64,000 nucleotides of DNA from Deinococcus sp. (GTDB lineage: Bacteria > Deinococcota > Deinococci > Deinococcales > Deinococcaceae): contig OZ253375.1 of assembly GCA_965261005.1 (NCBI GenBank), forward strand, positions 2,272,001 through 2,336,000. Reading direction: 5' to 3'. The notes under the pieces were generated by a model. That model was not told the origin of the DNA. It made no database searches and saw nothing but the letters and a program-made list of their open reading frames with translations. Shown one piece after another: positions 43,158 to 52,706 of this stretch; positions within the stretch are counted from its first letter, which is position 1, and the number at the start of each line of letters is the position of its first letter. The translations under genes and the position numbers were made by a program.

Positions 43158-44492
43158 TCAACGCTCCCCCTTGAGCCTTGCCGGCTGATCCGTCACCTCA
43201 AACAGCTCGCCGTGCGGCACGGCGCTGATGCGGCCGTAGGCGTGGATCAGCTCGCGGTAGGCGGCGGCCACCGGGCGCGGCGCGCGCTCCAGGTCGTAGA
43301 GGCCGCAGGCGTTCACGTGGCCGTTCTGCTCGGCCAGCTGGGTGTCCCAGTCCACCTGGTCGGTCAGGCTGTACCAAGTGAAGCCCAGCACCGGCACCCC
43401 TTCCTCACGCAGCCGCAGCACGTTGATCCACTGCTTCCACAACCAGCACTCGGCTTGGTCGGGGTCGAAGGTGTTGGTCTCGGTGTGAAAGACCGGCTTG
43501 TGGTAGCGCTGCCAGTAACTGCGCGCGATCTGGTGCCAGCCCAGCACGTCCTCGGCCGAGCAGCGGCCTCCATCCGGCTTGATAATGCGCTCGTTGCGCC
43601 CGTAGTAGTCGCTGCCCATCACCTGGTGGCCGGGCGGCTCCCCGGCCATGAACCAGCGGTACTCGTCCCGCGTCAGGCCGTGATCCATCATGTAGAGGCC
43701 CACGTCGGCGTCGGGCACGTGGGCGTAGAGCAAATCCAGCGACAGAAAGCGCAGCTTGTTCCACAGCGCCGTCTCGGGGCTGGGCGGCACGCGGGCGTCG
43801 TGGGTGTACTCGGCGGTCTCGCTCTGCACGAAGATGGCGTTCGGCTTCTCGCTCACGATGGTCTGGCACGCCAGGATGTTGGCCGCGACGGCGTGCTTGA
43901 GGGCGGTCACGAAGCCGTCGTCGGTCCTGAGCTGCTCGTTCCACAGGCCGTCCTTGCCGCTGTTGCGCGCCGTCACGAAAATTTCGTTGACCGGCGTAAA
44001 CCAGCGCACCCACGGATACCTCTTCGCCACCGCCCCGGCGTACTCGGCGAAGTGCAGCGGCAGTTCCGGGTTCTGAAAGTTGCCGATCCAGTCCGGCACC
44101 CCAAAGTGCAAGAGGTCCAGAATGGGCGCGATGTCCAGCCGCCGCAGCTCGTTCATCACCTCGTCGGCGAAGCTCCAGTCATAGCGGCCCGGCCCCAGGA
44201 AGATCTTGTGAATCGGCAGACCGTAGCGCAGGTACTTGAGGCCGATCTCCCTCACCAGGCCAAAGTCCTGGCGCCAGCAGTCGTAGTGCCCGCACTCGGC
44301 CAGCTCGTCGCGCCGCAGCGTGCCGCCCTGAATGGTCGGGTTGGAACACTCGATTCCGCTGGCGAACATGAAGTTCCCCGGCAAGTCCGCCGGCGCCCCC
44401 GAGCCGTCGCTGCCGCGCGCCCCTCCGTACTGGTCGCCGGCGTAGTCGTCCCCCAACTGTTTTCGGATGATGTCGAGGAAACTCTGGCTCAC
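43158..44492 (-). CDS. Glycoside hydrolase family 1-like protein
   Basis: FASGIECS, LLHFG, TPVNE (acid/base), HTETN (nucleophile), WYSLTDQVDW; GTGA overlap. Confidence 0.85.
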   Translation of the reverse strand: MSQSFLDIIRKQLGDDYAGDQYGGARGSDGSGAPADLPGNFMFASGIECSNPTIQGGTLRRDELAECGHYDCWRQDFGLVREIGLKYLRYGLPIHKIFLGPGRYDWSFADEVMNELRRLDIAPILDLLHFGVPDWIGNFQNPELPLHFAEYAGAVAKRYPWVRWFTPVNEIFVTARNSGKDGLWNEQLRTDDGFVTALKHAVAANILACQTIVSEKPNAIFVQSETAEYTHDARVPPSPETALWNKLRFLSLDLLYAHVPDADVGLYMMDHGLTRDEYRWFMAGEPPGHQVMGSDYYGRNERIIKPDGGRCSAEDVLGWHQIARSYWQRYHKPVFHTETNTFDPDQAECWLWKQWINVLRLREEGVPVLGFTWYSLTDQVDWDTQLAEQNGHVNACGLYDLERAPRPVAAAYRELIHAYGRISAVPHGELFEVTDQPARLKGER

Positions 44493-45586
44493 CCGCGCCC
44501 CTCCGGCGTGCTGCCGCGAAACACGTCCCGGCCCTCGAAATGTTCCAGCTGAATGGGCCGTCCCTCGCGCGCACTTTGATAGATGGCGGCCATAATTTTT
44601 TGGTCCTGCAAGCCCTCCTCGCCGGGGGTGAAGGGGCGCACGTCGTCCAGAATGCACTGCGAGAAGTGGTCGAGTTCGAGGGTGAACTGATCCCTCGCCT
44701 GAACCTTCTTTTCCTCGCGGCCGTCCCCGGTGCCGACCTCCAGCCGCAACCCTTGGTAATCGAAGGCGGGATCTAAACTCAGCCAGCCGGTCTCGCCCAT
44801 CGCCCGCAGCGAGCGCACCGTCTCGATGTTGTAGGAGGTCAGGCAGGAGGCCAGCACGCCCCCTGGAAAGCGCATTTGCCAGGTCAGCGCCTCCTCGACC
44901 TCCACGAAGCGCTCGTCCTCCTGCGGTTGGTACTGGTAGGCGAAGACCTCGGTCGGCTCCACCGCCAGCAAAAAGCGGATGGTGTTCAGGCAGTACAGCC
45001 CCACGTCGGGCAGGGGACCGCCGCCGGCCAAGTTGTACTTCAGGCGCCACTGGGTCTCGTCCGTCTCGTGCTGGCCGTTCACGCTCTCAAACAGGCGCAC
45101 CCGGCCCAGCTTCCCGCCCTGAATCAGGTCGCGCGCCGCCCAGTGGTGGGGGGTGTATTGGCAGCGGTAGGCCACCATCAGCTTGACGCCCTGCTCGTCG
45201 CAGACCTCCACCATCGCCCGGGCGTCCTCAACACTGGTCGCCATCGGCTTTTCACACAGCACGTGCTTGCCCGCCCGCGCGGCAGAGACGGTGTACTCGC
45301 GGTGCAGGCTGTTGGGCGTGACCAGGTAGACCGCCCGCACGTCCTCACGCGCGTGCAATTCGTCCAGCTGGTCGTAGCTGTACACGTCCGCCTCGCTCAG
45401 CCCGTGGGCGCGGGCGCGGTCCAGCTCCTGTTCCGGGTGGCCGGTCACGATGGCCGCCAGGCGCGACAGACCCGACAAGCCGAAGGCGGGCAGAATCTCC
45501 TCGGTGGACAGCTCGCCGACGCCGACCACGGCGTAGCCGACGCGCTCCTCTGGGGGCAGAGTTCGTTTGGAGGGGGATTGGGTCAT
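44489..45586 (-). CDS. Gfo/Idh/MocA oxidoreductase (glucose-fructose oxidoreductase-like)
   Basis: GYAVVGVG, TPNSLH, HVLCEKPMA, GGGPLPDVGLYC. Confidence 0.9.
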   Translation of the reverse strand: MTQSPSKRTLPPEERVGYAVVGVGELSTEEILPAFGLSGLSRLAAIVTGHPEQELDRARAHGLSEADVYSYDQLDELHAREDVRAVYLVTPNSLHREYTVSAARAGKHVLCEKPMATSVEDARAMVEVCDEQGVKLMVAYRCQYTPHHWAARDLIQGGKLGRVRLFESVNGQHETDETQWRLKYNLAGGGPLPDVGLYCLNTIRFLLAVEPTEVFAYQYQPQEDERFVEVEEALTWQMRFPGGVLASCLTSYNIETVRSLRAMGETGWLSLDPAFDYQGLRLEVGTGDGREEKKVQARDQFTLELDHFSQCILDDVRPFTPGEEGLQDQKIMAAIYQSAREGRPIQLEHFEGRDVFRGSTPEGRG

Positions 45587-47151
45587 GGGGTTCTCCTTAA
45601 GGTGTCGAGAAAGCGGTCGGCCGTGCGCAGGCTCAGCGCCATAATGGTCAGGGCCGGGTTGACGCTCAGGGCGCTGGGAAAAATCGAGTTGTCGCTGATG
45701 TAAAGGTTCTCCAGCTCGTGAACGCGCCCGTCCGGGTTGACCACGCTGCTGACCGGGTCCGCACCCATGCGGGCGGTGCCGATGGTGTGGGCGTAGCGCT
45801 CGAAGGTCCAGATGTCGCGCGCCCCGGCCCCTTCCCAGATGGCGCGCATCACCCGCCCGGCGTGGGCGTTCATGCGCCGCTCGTTGTCGCCGGCCGTGAA
45901 GTGAATTCTCGGCTTGGGCAGGCCGCGCGCGTCGCTCTCCTCCGACAATTCCAAGTAGTTCCCCCCGTGCGGCAAGCACTCGCCCAACACGTTGATGCCG
46001 GCGACGTGGTTGTAGCCGCGCAGGTGGTCGTGCAGGGCGGCGCCCCACTTGCCGGTCGCCCGCGCGAACTGGCTGGCGTAGGTCACCGGCATCACGCCGA
46101 TGCTCTGCAACACGTACCCGCCCGCGAAGTCCGCCGGCCCGAAGTCCGTCAGTGTTTGCGGGCGGTGGGTGTCCTCGGAGATCAGGCTGCCGGGAATCCC
46201 CTTGTTGGGGCGGGTCTGGTCCTCGAACTGGCCCCACAGCTGGAGGCCTACGTGCGCCATGAAATTGCGCCCGACCTGGCCGCTGGCGTTGCCGAGACCC
46301 GCCATCAGCAAGAGGCGCGGCGTCTCAATGGCGCCCGCGCACAAAAAGACGTGCCGGGCGGCCAGGAACTCCTGCCGGCCGTTGTGGGTGTACTCGACCC
46401 CGGTCACGCGGTCGCCCTCCACGCCAAAGCCCGTCACGAAGCTCCCCGCGCGAATCTCGGCGCCGCGCACCTGGGCCTGGGCCAGGTAGGTCAGGTCCAT
46501 GCTGGCCTTGGCCCCCACCGAGCAGCCCGCTTGGCAAAAGCCCCGGTTGGTGCAGGCGGGCCGCTCGCCATACCCCTCCTGTGCCTGCGGCCGGCTGAGG
46601 GCCGCGTTGGCGGCGGGCGAGGTCCGCAGGCCCAGCGGCGCGCAGCCGCGCCGCATCAATTGCGCCGCCGCGTTGAGGGGCAAGGGCGGATGGCGGTACG
46701 GTCTGCGCGGCGGTCCCCAGGGGTACTCGGCAGGACCCGACACGCCCAGAAACTGCTCGACCTCCTCCAGGTACGGCTCGATGTCCCCAAAGCTCAGCGG
46801 CCAGTCCTGGCCCACCCCGAATTCTTCCCTCAGCCGGAAGTCGTCCGGGTGGGGGCGCGGGGTGTAGGCGGTGTAGTGCAGGGTGGAGCCGCCCACCCCG
46901 CAGCCCGAGTTGTTGTTGCCGAAGCCGATGGGGTTCCCCCCCGCCGACAGCCGCTCGTCCAGCCAAAACAGGCCCGACTGCGCCCGCTCGTCGGTGGGCA
47001 TCTCGTGCGGAACGTGCCGCCGCCCCGCCTCCAGCACGACCACCCGCAGCCCCGCCCCGGCCAGCCGCGCCGTGAGGGGCGCCCCGCCCGCCCCGCTGCC
47101 GACGATGACGGCGTCCACCTCGTTTGCAGAGAGGTCAGAGGGGAAAGCCAT
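45583..47151 (-). CDS. GMC family FAD oxidoreductase
   Basis: GSGAGG, GGSTLHY, CTNRGFCQAGC Fe-S motif, HTIGTARMG, NPALTIMAL. Confidence 0.9.
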   Translation of the reverse strand: MAFPSDLSANEVDAVIVGSGAGGAPLTARLAGAGLRVVVLEAGRRHVPHEMPTDERAQSGLFWLDERLSAGGNPIGFGNNNSGCGVGGSTLHYTAYTPRPHPDDFRLREEFGVGQDWPLSFGDIEPYLEEVEQFLGVSGPAEYPWGPPRRPYRHPPLPLNAAAQLMRRGCAPLGLRTSPAANAALSRPQAQEGYGERPACTNRGFCQAGCSVGAKASMDLTYLAQAQVRGAEIRAGSFVTGFGVEGDRVTGVEYTHNGRQEFLAARHVFLCAGAIETPRLLLMAGLGNASGQVGRNFMAHVGLQLWGQFEDQTRPNKGIPGSLISEDTHRPQTLTDFGPADFAGGYVLQSIGVMPVTYASQFARATGKWGAALHDHLRGYNHVAGINVLGECLPHGGNYLELSEESDARGLPKPRIHFTAGDNERRMNAHAGRVMRAIWEGAGARDIWTFERYAHTIGTARMGADPVSSVVNPDGRVHELENLYISDNSIFPSALSVNPALTIMALSLRTADRFLDTLRRTP

Positions 47152-47668
47152 GCTCCCTTTCCCGCTCGTCCAGCTCATTTAAATGGGTGTGCTCCCAGCG
47201 CGGCAGGTCCGCGAAGCCGAGGTAGCCGAAGCCGACCTGCACCAAGGGATGGCTGTAGTAGTTCTCGGTCAGCTCGGCCAGCAGGTCCTCGAAGGGGTGC
47301 GGCTGGGCGCGTTGCAGTTCTGTCAAAAGCTGATCTTGCCTGGCCTCCTCAAGCTGGGCAAAATTCATCGGCAGCGCTGCCAGCAACTCGCCGTACGCCT
47401 CGCCGTCCGGCGGCGCGTCGGCGTAGCGCCAGCCGTCCCCCCCCCCGCTCGCGAGGCGGTCGTCCACCGCCAGGGCCAAGTCGAGAACGGCCGGGTCGTG
47501 CGGCACCAGCCGCACGGCGACCGCACGCAGCAAGGTCAGCTCCTCCGCCGAGAAAAAGCGCCGCCCGAACCGTTGCTCCATTCTTCCGGTCAACGCCTCG
47601 CGCGTCGGCTCGCTGACGTGCTCCGAGGCCAGCAGGGCGGCCAGCCGCTCGCGCGCTTCTTCAGCCAC
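47135..47668 (-). CDS. Gluconate 2-dehydrogenase subunit 3 family protein
   Basis: FFSAEE, RLVP, GDGWRY, YYSHP; directly upstream of the GMC gene. Confidence 0.78.
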   Translation of the reverse strand: MAEEARERLAALLASEHVSEPTREALTGRMEQRFGRRFFSAEELTLLRAVAVRLVPHDPAVLDLALAVDDRLASGGGDGWRYADAPPDGEAYGELLAALPMNFAQLEEARQDQLLTELQRAQPHPFEDLLAELTENYYSHPLVQVGFGYLGFADLPRWEHTHLNELDEREREHGFPL

Positions 47669-48590
47669 CGCTGGAGAGCTTTCCGCCGGTGACCTCCAAC
47701 AGCGAGCCGGTCACGAAGGAGCTGTCCTGACAGGCCAGGTAGACGTAGGCGGGCGCCAATTCGTCGGGCTGACCGGGGCGGCCGAGGGCGACCTCGTGGC
47801 CGAACTGCTGCACCTCCTCTTTCGGCATGGTGCCGGGAATGTTGGGGGTCCAGACCGGCCCCGGCACGACGGCGTTCACCCGGATGCCGCGCTCCCCCAG
47901 TTGCAGCGCCAGCGACTTGGTCAGGGCGTGAATGCCGCCCTTGGAGGCGCTGTAGTCCAGCAGCAGCTTGTTGCCGGTCAGGCCCACGATAGAGCCGGTG
48001 TTGATGATGGCGTCGCCGGACTTTAAATGGGACAGCGCCGCCTTGATCATGTAGAAGTAGCCGAACAGGTTGGTTTCCAGCGTGCGCCGGAACTGCTCGT
48101 CGCTCACATCGAGGGGGTTCTCGTGGGTCGCTTGGTACGCCGCGTTGTTGACCAGGACGTTGAGCGCTCCGTACTCGCGCACGGTCCGCTCGACGGCGTC
48201 CCGGCAGGCGGCGCTGTCGCGCACGTCGGCCTTGATGACCAGGCACGGCCCGCCGCGCGCCTCCAGCATCTCCCTGGTCGTCTGGGCGTCGCCGTCGTTC
48301 TCGTTGTAGAGAATGGCGACCTTGGCGCCCTCCAAAGCAAAGGCCAGCGCCACCGCCCGCCCGATACCGCTGTCGGCGCCGGTGATCAGGGCGACTTTGC
48401 CCTCCAGCTTGCCGGCCGCCCGGTAGCCGCGCAAGTCGGTCTGCGGCGGAATGCCCATCTCGGACTGTTCGGCGGGGTAGGGCTGGGTCCGCGCGTTCTT
48501 GAAGTCCTCGGACGTCGGCCGGTCCGGTGCCTGTTGGTCCGGCGGCGCTTGGTCTGGCATCGGTTGATCTGGCATGGGTTGATCTGGCAT
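47661..48590 (-). CDS. Short-chain dehydrogenase (YghA/YdaD-like)
   Basis: ITGADSGIG, LVNNAA, YSASK, NAVVPGPVWT, RPGQP. Confidence 0.9.
   Translation of the reverse strand: MPDQPMPDQPMPDQAPPDQQAPDRPTSEDFKNARTQPYPAEQSEMGIPPQTDLRGYRAAGKLEGKVALITGADSGIGRAVALAFALEGAKVAILYNENDGDAQTTREMLEARGGPCLVIKADVRDSAACRDAVERTVREYGALNVLVNNAAYQATHENPLDVSDEQFRRTLETNLFGYFYMIKAALSHLKSGDAIINTGSIVGLTGNKLLLDYSASKGGIHALTKSLALQLGERGIRVNAVVPGPVWTPNIPGTMPKEEVQQFGHEVALGRPGQPDELAPAYVYLACQDSSFVTGSLLEVTGGKLSSGG
48546..48590 (-). repeat. 15-bp tandem repeat x3 encoding MPDQP/MPDQA
   Basis: ATGCCAGATCAACCC ATGCCAGATCAACCG ATGCCAGACCAAGCG. Confidence 0.9.
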
Positions 48591-48699
48591 GGCTCACCTT
48601 GCCGCGCCTTGAACAGCCGGCCCGTCGGAAGCCTTACCCTCTCAAGGTTTGCTCAAGGGGTTAGGCTGGGTTCGTTCAGGCATAGGGAGGCGGCGTGGT

Positions 48700-50262
48700 A
48701 TGAGCGACACAGCAACGAGGACAGGCAGTTGGACAACGCCGATGCGCTGGACCCTCGCGGCGGCCATTCTGGGGTCGGCGGTGGCGTTCATTGACGCGAC
48801 GGTGGTGAACGTGGCCCTCAGCGCCCTCCAGCGCGACTTCGGGGCCGATGTGGCGGGCGTGCAGTGGGTGGTGAACGCCTACACCCTGATGCTGGCGGCC
48901 CTGACCCTCACCGGGGGGGCGCTGGGCGACTTGTATGGCCGCAAGAAGATGTTCGGCCTGGGCCTCCTCATCTTCGCCGCCGCCTCGCTGGCCTGCGGCC
49001 TTTCTCCCAGCTTGCCGCTGCTGATCGCCTTCCGCTTGGCGCAGGGCCTCGGCGGGGCGCTGCTGGTGCCGGGCAGCCTGGCCATGATCGACGCGGTCTT
49101 TCCGGACGCCTCGCGCGGGCGGGCGGTGGGACTGTGGTCCTCGGTGACCAGCGTGGTGACGGTGTTCGGGCCGGTGCTGGGCGGCTTTTTGGTGGATTCC
49201 CTGTCGTGGCGCTGGGTCTTTTTCATCAACTTGCCGCTCTCACTCGGCGTGCTGTGGTGCCTGCGCGGCGTGCCCGAGACCAGGGCTGGAGGCGAGGGGG
49301 CCAAAGGGGAGGGCCGGCCCGACCTGGTGGGCGCCCTGCTGGTCACGCTGGGCCTGGGCGCCCTGACCTACGGCCTGATCTCGGCGGGGGCTTCGGGCTT
49401 CGGGGGAACAGATCTGCTGTTCGTCCTGGGCGGGCTGGCGCTGCTGGGCGCCTTTGTAGGTTGGGAGGCGCGCGCAGGGCGGCCGATGTTGCCGCTCTCC
49501 CTGTTTCGCTCGGGCGCCTTTGCGGGCACCAACCTGCTCACGCTGCTGCTGTACGCCGCCCTGGGCGGCACGCTGTTCTTTTTGCCGCTCAACCTGATCG
49601 GGGTGCTGGGGTACAGCGCCACCGCCGCCGGCAGCGCCCTGCTGCCGCTCTCCCTGCTGCTGGCCGCCTTGTCGAGTCCGTTCGGCAGCTTGTCGGGAAA
49701 GTGGGGACCCCGCCTCTTCCTCACCGCCGGCCCGGTGGTCGCCGGGGCCGGCTTCGCCCTGCTGGGGCTGCTGAACATCGGCGGCAGCTACTGGACCGGC
49801 CTGTTTCCGGCCGCCGTCGTGATCGGCCTCGGGATGGCCCTGACGGTCGCGCCCCTGGTCAGCGCGGTGCTGGGGTCGGTGGGGCGCGACCGCTCGGGCA
49901 CCGCCTCGGGGGTCAACAACGCCGTGTCGCGCGCCGCCGGTCTGCTCGCCATCGCCCTGGGCGGCCTGCTGATGCTGGGCAGTTTTCGCCCCGCGCTGGA
50001 AACCCGGCTGGGGGCCGCCGACCTTCCGGCCCCCGCCCGCGCCCAGATGGTGGACCAGAGTGCTCGCCTCGCTCAGACGCCCATTCCGGGGTCGCTGTCC
50101 CAACGCGAACGCCAAGACGCGAAGGCCGCCGTGAACGTCGCCTTTCAAGTCGGCTTTCGCCGGGTCTGCCTCGCGGCGGCGCTGCTGGCCGTCCTGGCGG
50201 GCGCCGCCGGCTTCTTCAGCGTGACGGGCGCCGGGGTGCGGGAAGCTCAGCCGAGCGACTGA
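48700..50262 (+). CDS. MFS transporter, DHA2 (14-TM) family
   Basis: DATVVNVAL, GALGDLYGRK, WRWVFFINLP. Confidence 0.9.
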   Translation: MSDTATRTGSWTTPMRWTLAAAILGSAVAFIDATVVNVALSALQRDFGADVAGVQWVVNAYTLMLAALTLTGGALGDLYGRKKMFGLGLLIFAAASLACGLSPSLPLLIAFRLAQGLGGALLVPGSLAMIDAVFPDASRGRAVGLWSSVTSVVTVFGPVLGGFLVDSLSWRWVFFINLPLSLGVLWCLRGVPETRAGGEGAKGEGRPDLVGALLVTLGLGALTYGLISAGASGFGGTDLLFVLGGLALLGAFVGWEARAGRPMLPLSLFRSGAFAGTNLLTLLLYAALGGTLFFLPLNLIGVLGYSATAAGSALLPLSLLLAALSSPFGSLSGKWGPRLFLTAGPVVAGAGFALLGLLNIGGSYWTGLFPAAVVIGLGMALTVAPLVSAVLGSVGRDRSGTASGVNNAVSRAAGLLAIALGGLLMLGSFRPALETRLGAADLPAPARAQMVDQSARLAQTPIPGSLSQRERQDAKAAVNVAFQVGFRRVCLAAALLAVLAGAAGFFSVTGAGVREAQPSD

Positions 50263-50289
50263 TTCTCTTCCTGTGCTCTTTCTTCTGGG

Positions 50290-50985
50290 CTACTTCTTCA
50301 GGTCCGCCAGCATCTTCTTGGCCGCGCTCAAATCCTGCTGCTCCCAGTAATCGTGCGGCGTGAGCAGCACGGCGCGTTCCAGAATGCGAATGGCCACCGG
50401 CTTGTTGCGCAGGTTGACCTTCATCACGGCGCCCGCGTACTCCAAACGGTGGGTGACCACGCCCGGCTCCAACTGAATGGCCTTTTCGAAGTTGGGCTGC
50501 ACCTGCGCTTTGTTGCCGCCGGCGAAAAAGGGCACCTCGGCGTTCCACAATCCCAGCGCCACGTAGGCAGGGGCCAGCTTGGGGTCGAGGTCAATCGCCT
50601 TGTTGAGGGCGTTCTTGACCTCGCCGGCCAGCCCCAGACTTTGCAGCACGCCCTTGTACTGCGCGAGTCTTCCGTCGGCGCGGGCCAGCTCGAAGTAGGC
50701 GTCCGCGTCGTTCGGCCCCAACTCGATGGCCTTTTTGGCGTAGCCCACCGCGCGGGTCAGCGCGGCCTCCTGCTGGTCGTCCGGCAATTGGCCCGCGCCG
50801 AGCGTCGCGGCCTTGGCCGCCAGCGCGTAGCTGTCCGGGGTGTTCAGGCCGAGGGCGGCGCTCTCGGCCCCCCTCGCGTCCCCCTTGTCGAGCAGGCCGT
50901 GCGCGTCCTCCAGCGTGGCCGCCAGCGACCACGCCGACAACCACGCCAGCCCTGTCAACGCGGCGGTCAAAATCAGCTTCCGCAT
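50290..50985 (-). CDS. Exported TPR-repeat protein
   Basis: Signal peptide; repeated KAIELGP/KAIDLDP/KAIQLEP helices. Confidence 0.78.
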   Translation of the reverse strand: MRKLILTAALTGLAWLSAWSLAATLEDAHGLLDKGDARGAESAALGLNTPDSYALAAKAATLGAGQLPDDQQEAALTRAVGYAKKAIELGPNDADAYFELARADGRLAQYKGVLQSLGLAGEVKNALNKAIDLDPKLAPAYVALGLWNAEVPFFAGGNKAQVQPNFEKAIQLEPGVVTHRLEYAGAVMKVNLRNKPVAIRILERAVLLTPHDYWEQQDLSAAKKMLADLKK

Positions 50986-51037
50986 GGTTTGTCCCTTCTG
51001 TTTCAAGGTGTGGGGAGTATACCGCATGGCCGGGGCC

Positions 51038-51949
51038 TCAGATCTTGGTCAGCTTGGGGTACTTCATAATGGCCTCGTCCTCGCTGAGGAACTCGCCCTC
51101 GGCGTCGGGACTCCAGACCACCTCAGCGCGCAGCAAATTCTGGGCCTGCACGCCCGAGACGGCCAGCAGCGCCGCGCGCACGCCGGCCGCGTTGCTGTCC
51201 TGCGGCACCTCGGCGAGGTCGTAGGCCGCGACCGCGATGGTCAGCGCCAGGTACAGACCGCCCTTGCTCCCTTGGTAATCGCTGCGGTGCTGGTAGCCGC
51301 TGTTCACGTCCTGGTTTTGGTAGTTGCTGGTGGTCTGCTCGGTAAAGGCGGCGCGGGCCTCGGCCGCCCAGGCACCCACCTGGGCCTCCAAGCGTGAGGC
51401 GGGACCCTTCGCGCCCTCCACGTCGCCGTAGGTCCAGCGCTCGGGGTGGCGCAGCGCGACCAGGGCGGCCTCAGACAGCATGCGCGCCAGGCCCTCGTTG
51501 CTGTCGGGGTCGCCGCTGGCAGCCACCCGCTGAAGGGCGCTCTTCACGTCGTCGCCCTCGCCCATCAACAGCTGCACCTTGACCGAGTTCGCCGCCGAGC
51601 TGCCGCCGGCCACACCTGCGCCCGCACCCAGCGAGCGGCGCATGTACTGGTAGGCCACGAAGACCACGCCCGCGATCACCAGCAGCCCGATGACGCCGCC
51701 GCCGCCGCCCCCAAACAGAAAGGGTGAAAAGCCGTAGCCGTAGCCGCCGCCATACCCGCCGCCGTAGCCGCCCCCGCCCAAGCTGCCTGAGCCGCCAAAT
51801 CCGCCGCCGCCGGATGATCCTCTGGAGCCGCCCCCACCGCTGCCGCCAAAGCCCCCGCCCGACTGCGCCAGCGCCAGCCCACCGATCCACAGCGCCACGG
51901 CGAGGGCCACTACGGCCGCCACCGCGCGCAAGGTGTTGTTCGTCTTCAT
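51038..51949 (-). CDS. DUF1517 family protein
   Basis: Signal peptide, Gly-rich region, TM helix, [22 protein letters not shown] 7 nt after TAGACT. Confidence 0.8.
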   Translation of the reverse strand: MKTNNTLRAVAAVVALAVALWIGGLALAQSGGGFGGSGGGGSRGSSGGGGFGGSGSLGGGGYGGGYGGGYGYGFSPFLFGGGGGGVIGLLVIAGVVFVAYQYMRRSLGAGAGVAGGSSAANSVKVQLLMGEGDDVKSALQRVAASGDPDSNEGLARMLSEAALVALRHPERWTYGDVEGAKGPASRLEAQVGAWAAEARAAFTEQTTSNYQNQDVNSGYQHRSDYQGSKGGLYLALTIAVAAYDLAEVPQDSNAAGVRAALLAVSGVQAQNLLRAEVVWSPDAEGEFLSEDEAIMKYPKLTKI

Positions 51950-51977
51950 GCCGCCCAGTCTAGGGGGGAACGGCCTA

Positions 51978-52004
51978 CAAAAGAAAACCGCCCAGTGAGG
52001 GCGG
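51978..52004 (-). terminator. Intrinsic terminator downstream of the small ORF 52053-52214
   Basis: CCGCCC-TCACT-GGGCGG then TTTTCTTTT on the minus strand. Confidence 0.75.
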
Positions 52005-52052
52005 CGGGCATGTCAGGCGGGGTGCGAGGGGCTTAGACCCAGTCGAGAGCCG

Positions 52053-52214
52053 CTATTCGCAGCTCTTTTGACCATGCTCCCACAAGAACCGGAACACGCT
52101 CCAGGCCAGCGAGGCGAGGCCAATCAGCTTCTTCCACGGGACGGCCCGCTTCGGTTGCTTCTTGGCCTTCTTGCTGGCTTTGGGGCGCTTTCTGGTATGC
52201 TTTTGTTGTCGCAT
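52053..52214 (-). CDS. 53-aa basic/hydrophobic peptide, candidate type I toxin
   Basis: MRQQKHTRKRPKASKKAKKQPKRAVPWKKLIGLASLAWSVFRFLWEHGQKSCE; own -10 (TAGACT 52334-52339) and terminator. Confidence 0.55.
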   Translation of the reverse strand: MRQQKHTRKRPKASKKAKKQPKRAVPWKKLIGLASLAWSVFRFLWEHGQKSCE

Positions 52215-52268
52215 AAGCAAACCGGGCCGGACACCCTCATCACAGGGCGTCCGGCCACTTCCTTTCCT
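52208..52268 (+). ncRNA. Candidate antisense (antitoxin) RNA; ends approximate
   Basis: Extended -10 TGGTATGCT (52193-52201) inside the ORF; 13-bp-arm hairpin 52225-52256 followed by a pyrimidine tract. Confidence 0.4.
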
Positions 52269-52357
52269 GGTGAGAGGTTCGGTCGTGGGCTGACGTGACG
52301 CCCCATGCTGCCCGCCCATCACTGAGCAAGGGCAGTCTAGAGCCTTAGACTGCCCCC

Positions 52358-52705
52358 ATGAACGAGATCGAGCGGAGTGAGGACGCCTTCGGGCGCTTCC
52401 TGAGCGGCCTGCGCGAGCGTGACGACCGCTTGGAGCGCCTGGGTCCCGGCGAGGCACCTTCAAAAGACGAGGCCGTGGACGAGTACGTCTTTTCCGGCCA
52501 CGTCGAGGCCCTGCGCAGCGAGAGCATAGATGGCGACGTGTGGGGCACCTTGGCCGACCTCGACCTCACGGCGCCCAGCGAGGAACGCGCCTGGGAGCTG
52601 ATCAAGGCGTTCTACCTGGAGCGCGGCTGCGTGCTGCTGAGGGTGGGGGAGGACGAGTACTTGATCGGCGAGGAGCTGGCCGGGCGGCTGGGGATGCTGG
52701 GCTGA
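52358..52705 (+). CDS. Hypothetical acidic protein
   Basis: Typical high-GC codon use; ATG 6 nt after TAGACT. Confidence 0.7.
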   Translation: MNEIERSEDAFGRFLSGLRERDDRLERLGPGEAPSKDEAVDEYVFSGHVEALRSESIDGDVWGTLADLDLTAPSEERAWELIKAFYLERGCVLLRVGEDEYLIGEELAGRLGMLG

Positions 52706-52706
52706 G

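Noticed and set aside
52250..52275. SRP RNA (CAGG..GGAAG-like motif)
   Set aside because: Lacks the CAGG-xx-GGAA-xx-AGCAG helix geometry
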